Below, in pieces: positions 1 to 9,319 of a stretch of 32,000 nt of DNA. The position numbers and the translations under genes are program-made. Position 1 is the first letter of the stretch. The number at the start of each line of letters is the position of its first letter. The stretch is from Desulfobulbus propionicus DSM 2032 (GTDB lineage Bacteria; Desulfobacterota; Desulfobulbia; Desulfobulbales; Desulfobulbaceae): assembly GCF_000186885.1 (NCBI RefSeq), contig NC_014972.1, positions 1,470,001 through 1,502,000 of the forward strand. Reading direction: 5' to 3'. Below the pieces are notes generated by a model. It had not been told where the DNA came from and searched no databases. It worked only from the letters and a program-made list of their open reading frames with translations.

Positions 1-1
1 C

Positions 2-1093
2 CAACTGCATAACCGTTTTGCCCTGCGGACCGCCGGCAGCGGCGAGGAGGCCCTGCGGCTACTTGAGGAGGAAGGGCCTTTCGCGGTCATTGTCACCGAC
101 ATGCGCATGCCGGGTATGACCGGGGTGGAATTGCTGGCGCGGACAAAGGATCTGTATCCGGATATGGTGCGCCTGATGCTGACCGGCCATGCCGATCAGG
201 AGACGGCGATGGAGGCGGTCAATTCCGGCCAAATTTTCCGTTTCCTCACCAAACCCTGCCCCCAGGCCACCTTTGTCATTTCCCTGGCCCTGGCTCTCCG
301 TCAGCATCGTCTGATTGTCGCCGAGAAGGAACTGTTGCAGAAGACGCTCAAGGGCAGCATTCACGTGCTGTCCGAACTGCTGGGCGTGGCCAACCCCCTG
401 GCCTTCAGCGCCGGACTGCGCATCAGGGATTATGTGGTCCGCATCGCCCAGGAACTGCACCTGCCGCAGATCTGGCAGTGCGAGATTGCGGCGCTGATGT
501 CCCAGATCGGCTGCATCACCCTGCCGCCGGACATCCTGAACAAAGTCTACGCCGGCGCGAAAATGAGCGCGGAAGAGAGCGAGATGTTCAACAATCATCC
601 GCTGGTTGGCGCTTCGCTTTTGGAAAAGATCCCCCGCCTGGAGCATGTCACCAAGATGATTTGCCTGCAGCAGAAGCGATACGATGCCTATACCGCTGAA
701 CTGATGAAAACGATACCCGAGGAAGTGGCGGTTGGTGCCCAGATCCTCAAGGCGGTGATCGATTACGATCGACACCTTGCCCGGGGCATGAGCCGGGGAG
801 AGGCTATCGGCCAGCTGCGCAAGACAACCGGCGTGTACCACCCGGCTGTTTTGTCGTTGCTGACGTCGTTGAAACTGGAGGACCAGCGGCCGGTGCTCAG
901 CCTCGCTGCCAATCAGGTCGGGGTGGGCATGGTGGCGATGGACGACATCCTCACCAAGAGCAAGGTGTTGATTATTCCCAAAGGGCTGACCCTGACCTGG
1001 GCGATGGTCCAGGGACTGCAAAATTTTTCCAAAAAAGTCGGAGTGGTCGAACCGATCAGGGTTATGCTCGGTCAGTCGGAGCCGGACACCTGA
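2..1093 (+). CDS. Response regulator: receiver domain fused to a degenerate HD-GYP-like domain (5' truncated by the window)
   Basis: Frame is open from base 2 (QLHNRFALRTAGSGEEALRLLEEEGPFAVIVTDMRMPGMTGVELL...RLMLTGHAD...FLTKPC), with receiver Asp, Thr and Lys motifs. The following domain aligns with HD-GYP (AALMSQIGCITLPPDILNKVY...NNHPLVGASLLEKIP) but lacks the HD and GYP residues. Confidence 0.85.
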   Translation, partial: QLHNRFALRTAGSGEEALRLLEEEGPFAVIVTDMRMPGMTGVELLARTKDLYPDMVRLMLTGHADQETAMEAVNSGQIFRFLTKPCPQATFVISLALALRQHRLIVAEKELLQKTLKGSIHVLSELLGVANPLAFSAGLRIRDYVVRIAQELHLPQIWQCEIAALMSQIGCITLPPDILNKVYAGAKMSAEESEMFNNHPLVGASLLEKIPRLEHVTKMICLQQKRYDAYTAELMKTIPEEVAVGAQILKAVIDYDRHLARGMSRGEAIGQLRKTTGVYHPAVLSLLTSLKLEDQRPVLSLAANQVGVGMVAMDDILTKSKVLIIPKGLTLTWAMVQGLQNFSKKVGVVEPIRVMLGQSEPDT

Positions 1094-1192
1094 TCAACCT
1101 GCGGGTTCGACGGCCCTTGGCCATTTTTTCCTTGCTCTTCCTGCCGTGACGGAATTGCCGTGTTAACCTGGACGGGTGTCGGCGGGGCTGCT

Positions 1193-2365
1193 TTATGGCT
1201 CTTGTTGCTGGCGCCAGAAATTGGCCCAAGCCTGCCAATCCGGCAACCATTGGAGCTGATTGCCGTGGGGATGGGTCCAGGCGAGGTGCCAACGACGATG
1301 GCGGCCGTTGCTCCACAGATCGGCGGTCCAGTAGAGCCAGCCGAAACGAGGCGGTTCCGGCCCCTGCCACGGGGGCTCCCACTGCAGCCAGAGCACGGGC
1401 TGCGGATGCTGTCTGACCCAGTCGGCCAGGTGGAGGCGGAGAGCGGTGCCTTTGTCGCGCAGATAGGTGGTCAGGTAGGTGTTGAACACCACCAGCGGCG
1501 CATCGTCCAGCGGACCGATGTGCCTGGCAAGAATATGGGGCAGCGCGTCGGGCAGATCGGCCTGGTGGAGCCGGACCGGCACCGGGGACTCATCGAGCTG
1601 GTGCAGGGCCGCGATTCCCTGGCGCAGTCTGGCCAGCCGTTCGCTTTGATCGCCCCAGACAAAGGCGGCCAGGGTCTGTTCTTCCCGCCGTGAACGAAGA
1701 ATAAAAGGCGCCAGGTCGCAGCCGATCCGAGAACGGATCGTCGGGATAGCGGTTGTGGTTGGCGCAACCAGTGGCCCCTCGATGTGGACAACAAATTGGG
1801 GTGGGATGCCGCAGCCCAGTTCAAGCACTCCCTCGTTTCCCTCGCCGTGCAGCAGCCGATAATGGCGCTGATCCGCCACCAGGTTGAGGCCGGCGCTGGC
1901 CCCCAGATCGAGCAGGTGGATGGCCGGCCAGCCCGTAAACAGCACCGGCAGCAGCCAGCACAGACCGCGCGCGGTTTCGTTGGTTTGCACCGTGGCATGG
2001 GCGATGAATTCGGCCAGCGCCTCGCGCCGGGCCAGGATTGCCTGACGCAGGCTGGCGGCAAGATCGTCCGCATCCAGGGCGAGCGTTCCTCCGGCGGAAG
2101 GAAAGTAGCGGCCCAGGGGCCGCGCATCGGCAACGCCGGCGAGAACGTCGCGGTGCAGGCCGGCAAGCAACAGCAGCGGCACCTCGAAGGAGGCGCGGGG
2201 ATGGGCAGCGGCCAGCAGCCAGTCCACCAGGGGATCCTTCCCGCACCCCGCACCGAGCCAGTCCGCGATCAATCCGCACAAGCGGGCGGAGAGCGGCGAG
2301 GAAGCGGCGGCAAATTCCTGCTGCCTGCGGAATCGGCGGGCAAGGCGAAACGGCAGATCATCCAT
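1193..2365 (-). CDS. DUF2332-like protein
   Basis: Long ORF. FRRQQEFAAASSPLSARLCGLIADWL...LLDLGASAGLNLVADQRHYR...VLWLQWEPPW resembles the DUF2332 family. Start chosen at MDDLPFRLARRFRRQ rather than the track's upstream start. Confidence 0.7.
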   Translation of the reverse strand: MDDLPFRLARRFRRQQEFAAASSPLSARLCGLIADWLGAGCGKDPLVDWLLAAAHPRASFEVPLLLLAGLHRDVLAGVADARPLGRYFPSAGGTLALDADDLAASLRQAILARREALAEFIAHATVQTNETARGLCWLLPVLFTGWPAIHLLDLGASAGLNLVADQRHYRLLHGEGNEGVLELGCGIPPQFVVHIEGPLVAPTTTAIPTIRSRIGCDLAPFILRSRREEQTLAAFVWGDQSERLARLRQGIAALHQLDESPVPVRLHQADLPDALPHILARHIGPLDDAPLVVFNTYLTTYLRDKGTALRLHLADWVRQHPQPVLWLQWEPPWQGPEPPRFGWLYWTADLWSNGRHRRWHLAWTHPHGNQLQWLPDWQAWANFWRQQQEP

Positions 2366-2556
2366 GGGGTGCCATATGAACGCAAAGGGTCTTTGTCCCG
2401 ACAGCGGAACCGGGAGACAAGGGGCGACGGGCAGGACTATACCGCCTTCCGGAGGTAGCGGCAAGGCGGGGTATTCATTGCAGGGAAAAGGGAGGACGGG
2501 AAGGGGGAGCGGGCAGGGGCAACAGCCGGAGGCATGTACCTCTTGGGCGGCAAAAT

Positions 2557-3015
2557 GTGATGATCAATTGTATCCTGTTTGATTTTTCCGCGTATGGCGG
2601 CCTGTTTGCGGCGGCCCTGCTGGCCGCGACCGTTGTGCCGATGCAGTCGGAGGCGGTCTTGGTCGGCCTGCTGCTCACCGGCGACTACCCGACCTGGCTG
2701 CTGTTGGCGGTGGCGGCCAGCGGCAATATCCTCGGCGCGGCGCTCAACTGGTGGCTGGGGAGGGGGATCGAGCGTTTTCGCGATCGTTCCTGGTTTCCGG
2801 TCAGCGAACAGCGGCTGATGCAGGCGCAACAGTGGTACCAGCACTATGGCAAATGGTCGCTGCTCCTGTGTTGGATGCCGATTGTCGGCGATCCGCTCAC
2901 CGTGATCGCCGGAGTGATGCGCGAACCTTTTCCGGTGTTCCTGCTCATTGCCGGCACGGCCAAACTCCTGCGTTACCTTGTGCTGGCCGGAGTCACTCTG
3001 GGGACGATGGCCTAA
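2557..3015 (+). CDS. YqaA/DedA-like small integral membrane protein
   Basis: Hydrophobic 152-aa ORF with LAATVVPMQSEAVLVGLLLTGDYP, GNILGAALNWWLGRG and WMPIVGDPLTVIAGVMREP motifs typical of the YqaA/SNARE-associated group. Start may be GTG 2557 or ATG 2560. Confidence 0.75.
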   Translation: MMINCILFDFSAYGGLFAAALLAATVVPMQSEAVLVGLLLTGDYPTWLLLAVAASGNILGAALNWWLGRGIERFRDRSWFPVSEQRLMQAQQWYQHYGKWSLLLCWMPIVGDPLTVIAGVMREPFPVFLLIAGTAKLLRYLVLAGVTLGTMA

Positions 3016-3032
3016 ATGGCCAGGGGACGAGA

Positions 3033-3054
3033 CAGGGGGGCGATTGCCCCCCTG
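3033..3054. terminator. Perfect 9-bp hairpin between convergent genes, possible bidirectional terminator without a clear U-tract
   Basis: CAGGGGGGC-GATT-GCCCCCCTG, located between the stops of the genes at 2557-3015 (+) and 3077-4132 (-). Confidence 0.5.
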
Positions 3055-3076
3055 AACATTCTCCACCGGTCCGACT

Positions 3077-4132
3077 TTACCGTGCTTGCCCGGAGGAAGA
3101 CGGTTCCGCCGGGGCTGGTGCCTGAGCCGGGGTGAGCGGCGCGGCCTGAGTTCCATTCGCGCCGGGTTGGGGGTGTGTTTTGGCGCGCACCAGCGAGGCA
3201 CGGGTGGCGTTTTTCAATTCCTCGACCTGCCAGCCATCCACCCGCAGCAGTTGCTCCTGGTTGGACACCTTGAGGACAAAGGTGTTTTCGGTCGCCGGCT
3301 GCGGCTCGGTGCCCTCGGCCTTTTCCGGTTTGGGGGGGTGGCCGAACAGGTACTCAACGGTGCCGCCGCCTTCCAGGCTGATCGTGTAGCGCAGGGCCGG
3401 CGTCGCCAGACCGTACTCGGGTTTGTTGTCCTTGCCGAGGAGGGCGGTGATCGACAGGTTGGTCAGCCGCTTGATCAGGCTGTCGAGCCGGTCCTTGATC
3501 ACCTCTTCCTCGGCCGTGAGATCAGCCGGCTGCAGGCCATCCTTGCCGCGGATCAGCTGCAGGGCGGGCAACGCAACCCGGGCCACTTGTTCGGGCTTGA
3601 GATGGAGGAGGGTGGTGTCGATCCAGCTGTCGTCCTTGACCTCCAATTCATGCTGGGAAAGGGCGATTGCCTGAATTTCGTTGTCGCCATCGGCGCGCAG
3701 ATAGATCTTGCGCAGGCCGGGCGAAGTGCCGAAATAGATCACGGCCGCATCCTTGCCGCCGGCGCGCAGGCTCAGTTTGCGCTCAAACCGCTCCGGCGCC
3801 ACCTTGAAGCGGGTCGCGGCCTCGGCGGTGGTGGCCTCGGGCCAGCCGCGTTGCAGCGTGGTCAGCCGCTCGAGCAAGCCCTGCACCCGGGCGGTGTCCG
3901 CCGGGAAGGCGCCGGAATCGGGCAGCAGCCACCGCTCCTTCTCCTTGGTCAGCTTCAGTGTGTGCCCCTCACCGTCTTCCAGCAGCAATTCGTTGATCTC
4001 GGCCGCGTTCAGCGCGAGCAGCGGCCCCTTGGCCGCTTGGGTTCCGTCGAGCCGATGCGCCATGTGGGTCGCCACGGTCAGACCGACCTGCACCAGCAAC
4101 AACACAGCGCACACCAGTATCCATCGTTTCAT
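3077..4132 (-). CDS. DUF4340-domain protein of a Gld-type ABC operon
   Basis: N-terminal membrane anchor, then repeated TxEGEGHxLxLTKEKERWLL-like beta-rich units. Start overlaps the stop of the upstream permease gene (ATGA). Confidence 0.75.
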   Translation of the reverse strand: MKRWILVCAVLLLVQVGLTVATHMAHRLDGTQAAKGPLLALNAAEINELLLEDGEGHTLKLTKEKERWLLPDSGAFPADTARVQGLLERLTTLQRGWPEATTAEAATRFKVAPERFERKLSLRAGGKDAAVIYFGTSPGLRKIYLRADGDNEIQAIALSQHELEVKDDSWIDTTLLHLKPEQVARVALPALQLIRGKDGLQPADLTAEEEVIKDRLDSLIKRLTNLSITALLGKDNKPEYGLATPALRYTISLEGGGTVEYLFGHPPKPEKAEGTEPQPATENTFVLKVSNQEQLLRVDGWQVEELKNATRASLVRAKTHPQPGANGTQAAPLTPAQAPAPAEPSSSGQAR

Positions 4133-7071
4133 GGTTCAATCCTCCCGGCAATCAACAGCTGTTCGCGTCGTCGGGCCCGTGCCCGGACGAGGCGCCGCAG
4201 CCCCCACACGGACAGCAGACCGAAGGCGGCCAAGCCGTAGTTCATGTATTCCCAGATCATTCGCGCCTCCTTGTCCATCGGCAGCAGGGTGCGGGCAAAA
4301 TGGCCGCGGCCGCGGATGGAGAGCAGATCGCGGTCTTCCAGGGACCAGTCAATGGTGTTGGCCATCAGTTGCAGCGGATTGAGATAGCGGGTACCGCCGG
4401 CGCCGGAGGCCAGTTCCAGGCTGGTATCGGCCAGGAAGGTGTTGGAGGCGAACAGGATGATCCGTGCCGAATCCGGCGAGCGTTCCAGCACCCGGCCGAT
4501 CACCTCGGGCTGCTGCGGCTCGACCGGCTGTTCCGCCGCCGTTTCGCTTTGCCCGGCGGCTGGCTGTTCCTTGGCCTTTTTGTCTTTTTCCGCCTGTCGT
4601 GTTCGTGCTTCCTCGATCAGCGGCGAGGTTTTGCCCTTGAAATGGGATGCAAAACCGCCTTCCACCATTACCGCCAGGAGTTGGCGACCTGCCGCCTCCC
4701 CTTGGGCAAAGCCGGCTTGGCCGTAGCGATCGAAGTTGGGCTGAATGTCGATCGAGTCAGACAACCAGGAGCCCCTGGAACTCTCCAGCAGCCGCACCAC
4801 CTGGCGGCCCTTGTTCTTGTCCGCGTCAACGGTGATCGGCGAGGCCCACGTCATGGACAGCTGATCGATGCCGCTGATCAGCCCGCCGTTGCGGTTCATG
4901 CCGTCGCTGCGGATATCGACAAAGTAGGGGTAGTTGATCAGATGGGTTTCACGAATGGAGTAGCCGCCGGCTTGGCGTTCGACCGGCACCGGAAAGGCGG
5001 CGTTCTGCGGATCGAGCACCAGGGTTTTGCCCAGGGTGATGCCGTAGCCCGCCAGCCAGTCACTCAGGCCGCTCTGTTTGTCGGTGGCGCTGATCCGTCC
5101 CTGCAGGCTGACATCAAAAGGCGAAGTGGCCAACACCACCGTGCCGCCCTGCATGAGGAACTGATCGATGGCAAAGACTTGTTTTTCCTGCAATCGCTCC
5201 GGGGCCACCACCATCAGGATATCGGCCTCCGGATCGACCTGGCCGGTGCTCAGGTCCACCGGTTTGATCCGGTGCTCCTGTTCGGCAAAGCGTTGCAGCA
5301 GTTGAAAGGTGTTGCCCTGGTCCATCATGCCGAATTGGGCCATGGACGGGTTGGCCGGCGGGGTGTACAGGGCCACGGTTTTGAGCATGCCCTTGGAAAA
5401 ACGCTTGAGCGAGGCCTCGATCGCCCCCTTGAGCGCCGCTTTGTCAAGGGCTGACGGCAGGGCCACCTGGACCTGCTGGCCGCCGCTCTCCAGGGTCATG
5501 TAGAACCAGAAGGTCTCCGTGGACAGCAGCCCGGCCACCATGGGCCGCATGCCGAATTCCTTGCCCAGGCGGTCAGCCAACTGACCGCCGTCGGCATCGG
5601 GATCGGCGAAGCTGACAGAGAATTTGTCGCCTCCTTGGGTCTTCAGCTCGGCGAGCACGCTCTCCAGGTTTCGGCGCAGCTCGACCAGCGGTTGGGGCAG
5701 TTTGGCTTCGGGCGAGACATAGCCATGGAAGACCACCGGGTTGCCGATGCCGGCAAACAGGTTGCCGCCGCCCTGGTAGCTGTAGAGCACCTTCTTGATC
5801 GCCCGGGTGATGTCATGTTCCGGGTTGCGCAACTCAACCTCGAGCTGGGTGTCGCCCTCGCTCTTGACCTCGATCAAATCCTGGAAGCCGAGGGTGACGA
5901 ACTCGTCGCCATACTTAATGAGAACATCGAAATAGGAGTTGGTGACCGCGGTCTGATAGCGGGAGGCGGTCTGGAAGGGAACAGGCCGGATGCCGTACTT
6001 TTCGCCCGCCTCCTGTTCCAGCTCCGGTTTTTCCTGGGGATCGACAAATTCGACCCTGACCCGGCCCTTGCCGGCCACCTCGTATTCACGGAGCAGGTCG
6101 CGCAGCTGCGGTTGCAATGGGGCCAGCAGCGGGTGGGTCTGGCTGGAGAAGTAGCCGCGAATCAACAGCGGTTCCTGCAACCGATCGAGATAGGAACGGG
6201 TGGCCGGAGAAATCGAATAGATCTTGCCCGCAGTCAGATCGGCACGCAGGACGCCGATGGGTGCCAGCCAGAAGTTGAGCAACAACAGGTTGCCCACCAG
6301 CAGGGCGGTCAGCACGCCCCAACGGCGGTGGACGGAGTTGATCGGATTGCCGGCCCACCGCTGCCGTTCCAGGGTGTAGACGTTGAGCGAGAGAAAGATG
6401 CCGATCAGGCTGAACGAATAGAGGAGATCGCGCAGGTCGATCACCCCCCGGGTGATGGCGTCAAAGCGCGCACCCGCCCCCAGCAGTTTGAGCAGTTCGC
6501 CGCCCTGGTTGCCGAAAAAAGAGGTCAGGGTGTCGGAGCCAAGCAAGTAGAGGAAACTGCAGGCCAGGGTGGAAACAATCAGGCTGACGATCTGGCTGTT
6601 GAACTGGGCGCTGACCCAGAGACCGATGGCGATGTAGGCCCCGGCGAGCACCAGGCTGGCCAGGTAGCCGCCGAACACCGGACCCCAGTCGAGTTGACCG
6701 AGGAAGCTCACGGTGAGCGGCAGCGGCAGGGTGAGCAGCAGACCGATGGCCACCAAGCCGAGGCAGGCGATGAATTTGCCCCCCACCAGTACCGGCAGAC
6801 TCACCGGCGCGGTCAGCAAGGGTTCCAGGGTGCCGGCCCGATGCTCCTCTGACCAGACCCGCATGGTGATGGCCGAGGCGAGAAAGATCAACAGCAGCGG
6901 CATCCACTCGAACATCGGCCGGACATCGGCGATGTTGCGGCTGAAAAAGGTTTCCACCCAGAAAAAGATGAACAGGGTGGCGGCCAAAAAGGCACCGAAA
7001 AAGATAAAGGCGGCCGGGGTGGCGAAAAAGACCGCCAGTTCCCTCCGGGCAACCTTGCGCAAGGTGTTCAT
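4129..7071 (-). CDS. Fused ABC-2 permease + GldG-like auxiliary protein
   Basis: 980 aa. N-terminus RRELAVFFATPAAFIFFGAFL...MRVWSEEHRAGTLEPLLTAPVS is GldF-like. It is followed by a GldG-type periplasmic region (YSISPATRSYLDRLQEPLLIRGYFS...VEFVDPQEKPELEQEAGEKYGI) and a C-terminal TM helix. Confidence 0.85.
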   Translation of the reverse strand: MNTLRKVARRELAVFFATPAAFIFFGAFLAATLFIFFWVETFFSRNIADVRPMFEWMPLLLIFLASAITMRVWSEEHRAGTLEPLLTAPVSLPVLVGGKFIACLGLVAIGLLLTLPLPLTVSFLGQLDWGPVFGGYLASLVLAGAYIAIGLWVSAQFNSQIVSLIVSTLACSFLYLLGSDTLTSFFGNQGGELLKLLGAGARFDAITRGVIDLRDLLYSFSLIGIFLSLNVYTLERQRWAGNPINSVHRRWGVLTALLVGNLLLLNFWLAPIGVLRADLTAGKIYSISPATRSYLDRLQEPLLIRGYFSSQTHPLLAPLQPQLRDLLREYEVAGKGRVRVEFVDPQEKPELEQEAGEKYGIRPVPFQTASRYQTAVTNSYFDVLIKYGDEFVTLGFQDLIEVKSEGDTQLEVELRNPEHDITRAIKKVLYSYQGGGNLFAGIGNPVVFHGYVSPEAKLPQPLVELRRNLESVLAELKTQGGDKFSVSFADPDADGGQLADRLGKEFGMRPMVAGLLSTETFWFYMTLESGGQQVQVALPSALDKAALKGAIEASLKRFSKGMLKTVALYTPPANPSMAQFGMMDQGNTFQLLQRFAEQEHRIKPVDLSTGQVDPEADILMVVAPERLQEKQVFAIDQFLMQGGTVVLATSPFDVSLQGRISATDKQSGLSDWLAGYGITLGKTLVLDPQNAAFPVPVERQAGGYSIRETHLINYPYFVDIRSDGMNRNGGLISGIDQLSMTWASPITVDADKNKGRQVVRLLESSRGSWLSDSIDIQPNFDRYGQAGFAQGEAAGRQLLAVMVEGGFASHFKGKTSPLIEEARTRQAEKDKKAKEQPAAGQSETAAEQPVEPQQPEVIGRVLERSPDSARIILFASNTFLADTSLELASGAGGTRYLNPLQLMANTIDWSLEDRDLLSIRGRGHFARTLLPMDKEARMIWEYMNYGLAAFGLLSVWGLRRLVRARARRREQLLIAGRIEP

Positions 7072-7997
7072 TGTTCCCTCCCTGCAGCCATGTTGATTTC
7101 ACTGAATATTTTTTCGAGATTACGGGTTTCCGGAGCAAGGCCGTACAGTGGCCAGCCCTTGGCGGTGATGGCCGAAGCCACGGTCGGGGCCAGGGCCTCG
7201 GCCGTGTGTTCGCCGGAAAGGGCGAAACTGTGGCGGCCATCGACGGAGGCGACGGACTCGACCACGCTCACCCCTGCCACGGCACGCAGCAGCGCACCGG
7301 CCTCGGCCCGGTCGGTGGTCACCAGCAACCGCTGGCCCGCGCTCAATTCGTCCAAGCGCGCGTCCAGAACCTTGCGGCCGTGCTGGATGATGATCACCCG
7401 GTCGCAGACCGCCTGCACCTCCTGGAGGATGTGGGTGGAGATGATCAGGGTCGCTTCCTTGGCCAGTTCGCTGATCAGGCCGCGCATGTGCTGAATCTGG
7501 GTGGGATCGAGACCGTTGGTCGGCTCGTCGAGAATGATGATTCGCGGCCGGTGGAGGATGGCCTGAGCCACGCCGACCCGCTGGCGGTAGCCGCGCGACA
7601 GGGTGGCAATGGTCTGCCCGGCCTTGTCCATCAGCGCGGTCCGTTCCAGGGTGTCGACCAGTAGCGGTCCCAACCGGTCGCTGGTCACGCCGTGCAGGAT
7701 GGCGATGTATTCGAGGTACCCGGCCACGGTCATTTCCGGATAGACCGGGCAGTTCTCGGGCAGATAGCCGATCATCGCCTGGATAGACTGCCGGTCGGTG
7801 GCCATTGCCAGCTCGCCAACCCTGATGGTGCCGGCGGTAGGTTCGAGAAAGCCGGTCATCATCTTCATGATTGTGGTCTTGCCGGCGCCGTTGTGGCCGA
7901 GCAGCCCGACGATTTCACCGTCATCGATGGTGAACGAGACATCGTCGACCGCCTTGAGCGGTCCATAGGATCGGGTTAGGTGTTCTACATGAATCAT
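7068..7997 (-). CDS. ABC transporter ATP-binding protein, GldA/CcmA-like
   Basis: MIHVEHLTRSYGPLKAVDDVSFTIDDGEIVGLLGHNGAGKTT (Walker A), LSRGYRQRVGVAQAILHRPRIIILDEPTNGLDP (signature and Walker B). ATGA overlap with the permease gene; TAGGAG Shine-Dalgarno before the start at 7997. Confidence 0.93.
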   Translation of the reverse strand: MIHVEHLTRSYGPLKAVDDVSFTIDDGEIVGLLGHNGAGKTTIMKMMTGFLEPTAGTIRVGELAMATDRQSIQAMIGYLPENCPVYPEMTVAGYLEYIAILHGVTSDRLGPLLVDTLERTALMDKAGQTIATLSRGYRQRVGVAQAILHRPRIIILDEPTNGLDPTQIQHMRGLISELAKEATLIISTHILQEVQAVCDRVIIIQHGRKVLDARLDELSAGQRLLVTTDRAEAGALLRAVAGVSVVESVASVDGRHSFALSGEHTAEALAPTVASAITAKGWPLYGLAPETRNLEKIFSEINMAAGREQ

Positions 7998-8188
7998 GGG
8001 AAATCTCCTACACGAAATAATGCTGCCGACCAGGCAAACGAGCCGCACGGTGAGCGGCGCGAATCGGACAGGTGGCAGCATGTGCGGTCCAGCCGGTCAT
8101 GGGGAGGACGAACGAGGTGGAATGAAACGGCTTTTTTGGGTTATTCAAGGATAACAAGAGCGCCTTGGCCACGCTCAAATCCGGGGAA

Positions 8189-8216
8189 ATAATAAGGCCG
8201 GGGGCGGAGTTGTCAA
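8189..8216 (-). promoter_or_regulatory. Predicted sigma70 promoter for the ABC operon
   Basis: Minus strand TTGACA (8216-8211), 16-nt spacer, TATTAT (8194-8189), about 190 nt upstream of the ATPase start. Confidence 0.55.
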
Positions 8217-8350
8217 GCCAGCGGATACAAAAAGGTCAATGATGCATGCTGGTTGTCACCAGAGGTCTGGGGTCGTTGACCAAAGCGGCAAGACCTGGGC
8301 AGGCGGCGCGGCGTCTGCTTCGGACGAGGCGGGATAAAAGTGAGGAGCAA

Positions 8351-8384
8351 AAAAAAAAGCCCCAGCCGGAAAACCGGCCGGGGC
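8351..8384 (-). terminator. Rho-independent terminator of the outer-membrane protein gene
   Basis: Read on the minus strand: GCCCCGGCCGG-TTTT-CCGGCTGGGGC followed by a long T-run (the A-run at 8349-8358 on the plus strand). Confidence 0.92.
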
Positions 8385-8409
8385 AACACATCGTCTAATC
8401 GAGGAACAA

Positions 8410-9162
8410 TTAGAATTTGAAACGAACAGAAGCAACCACATTGTGACCGTTGATGCTCTCTGCCTCGCCAGCATCGGAGATGCCGAGGTACTCATAGCCC
8501 AAGTCACCGGCGATCTCGTCGGTGAAATTGTAGGTCATACCAAGGCCTGCCTTGTAGGCAAAGGCGTTGTCGCTGCCACCATAGGTGCCTGCCGGGCCAT
8601 CCAATCCTGCGGATACGTCAACATTCCAGTCGAACTGGGCAACACCCAGACCAGCCATGGCATAGACAGCAAAGGCGTCGTACACCGGAATCTCGTAGTA
8701 GCCGTTGACGAAAACGGTTTTGGCATTGTAATCGCCACCCAAATCATAACCAAAGGCTGTTTCATCATCCAGATCCGCACCCTGATAGGCCAACTCGAGC
8801 TCTGCCCGGAACTGACCGAACTGCTTGCCCAGAGCGATGGCACCACCGAAACCGGCATCGCTGTCCCACTCGTTGATAGGACCGAGATCCTGCTGGGTCC
8901 AAGCGGCACGAACGCCGAGACGGGCATACCACATGGAGTCATACTCGAGAGCGGTGATCCGCTGCTCATGATTCTCCAGCTGTTTTGCGTGGGCGCCCAG
9001 CTGCTCGTTCTGCTGCGCCTGGGAAGAATTCAGGTCATCGATCTGCTGCTGGCATGCTTCCGGACAACCAGCATCCATCTTTTTGCCAGGGCCACCGGCC
9101 AGAGCAACACCAGCGGTCAGAACAAAAGCCGACACAGCCATTACACTCAATACTTTCTTCAT
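8410..9162 (-). CDS. Outer-membrane beta-barrel protein with short N-terminal Cys pair and coiled coil
   Basis: Signal peptide MKKVLSVMAVSAFVLTAGVALA, CPEAC, coiled coil QQQIDDLNSSQAQQNEQLGAHAKQLENHEQRITALE, alternating amphipathic strands, terminal VASVRFKF with C-terminal Phe. TAGGAG Shine-Dalgarno spacing favours ATG 9162 over 9168. Confidence 0.85.
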   Translation of the reverse strand: MKKVLSVMAVSAFVLTAGVALAGGPGKKMDAGCPEACQQQIDDLNSSQAQQNEQLGAHAKQLENHEQRITALEYDSMWYARLGVRAAWTQQDLGPINEWDSDAGFGGAIALGKQFGQFRAELELAYQGADLDDETAFGYDLGGDYNAKTVFVNGYYEIPVYDAFAVYAMAGLGVAQFDWNVDVSAGLDGPAGTYGGSDNAFAYKAGLGMTYNFTDEIAGDLGYEYLGISDAGEAESINGHNVVASVRFKF

Positions 9163-9290
9163 ATCCATTCTCCTACGTTTAGTGAGACTTTATGAACACC
9201 CGGGCGTTATTGCCCAAAAAAACGGTTGATCCTCCGATGCGCCGTGATCCCCGGCCGGTATGCCGAGAGCCCTGCATCAAGTTTGATTGA

Positions 9291-9319
9291 AATATAACAA
9301 AGGAAAGGATTGCCTGCAA
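9291..9319 (-). promoter_or_regulatory. Predicted sigma70 promoter for the outer-membrane protein gene
   Basis: Minus strand TTGCAG (9319-9314), 17-nt spacer, TATATT (9296-9291). Confidence 0.55.

Noticed and set aside
59-1021. 320-aa minus-strand ORF opposite the response regulator
   Set aside because: Shadow ORF of the REC/HD-GYP-like gene; the plus-strand product carries real motifs.
2450-2556. Purine-rich G-tract region (GGGAAAAGGGAGGACGGGAAGGGGGAGCGGG) upstream of the YqaA-like gene as a possible G-quadruplex
   Set aside because: G-runs are irregular, the segment is short, and one run can serve as Shine-Dalgarno context. Not enough evidence for a specific structure.
5635-6852. 405-aa plus-strand ORF antisense to the fused ABC permease
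   Set aside because: Antisense of a conserved gene, no family resemblance, His/Gln-rich low-information sequence.
8256-8507. 83-aa minus-strand ORF across the terminator of the barrel gene
   Set aside because: It reads through a strong intrinsic terminator and the barrel C-terminus in another frame, with no motif. Noise.
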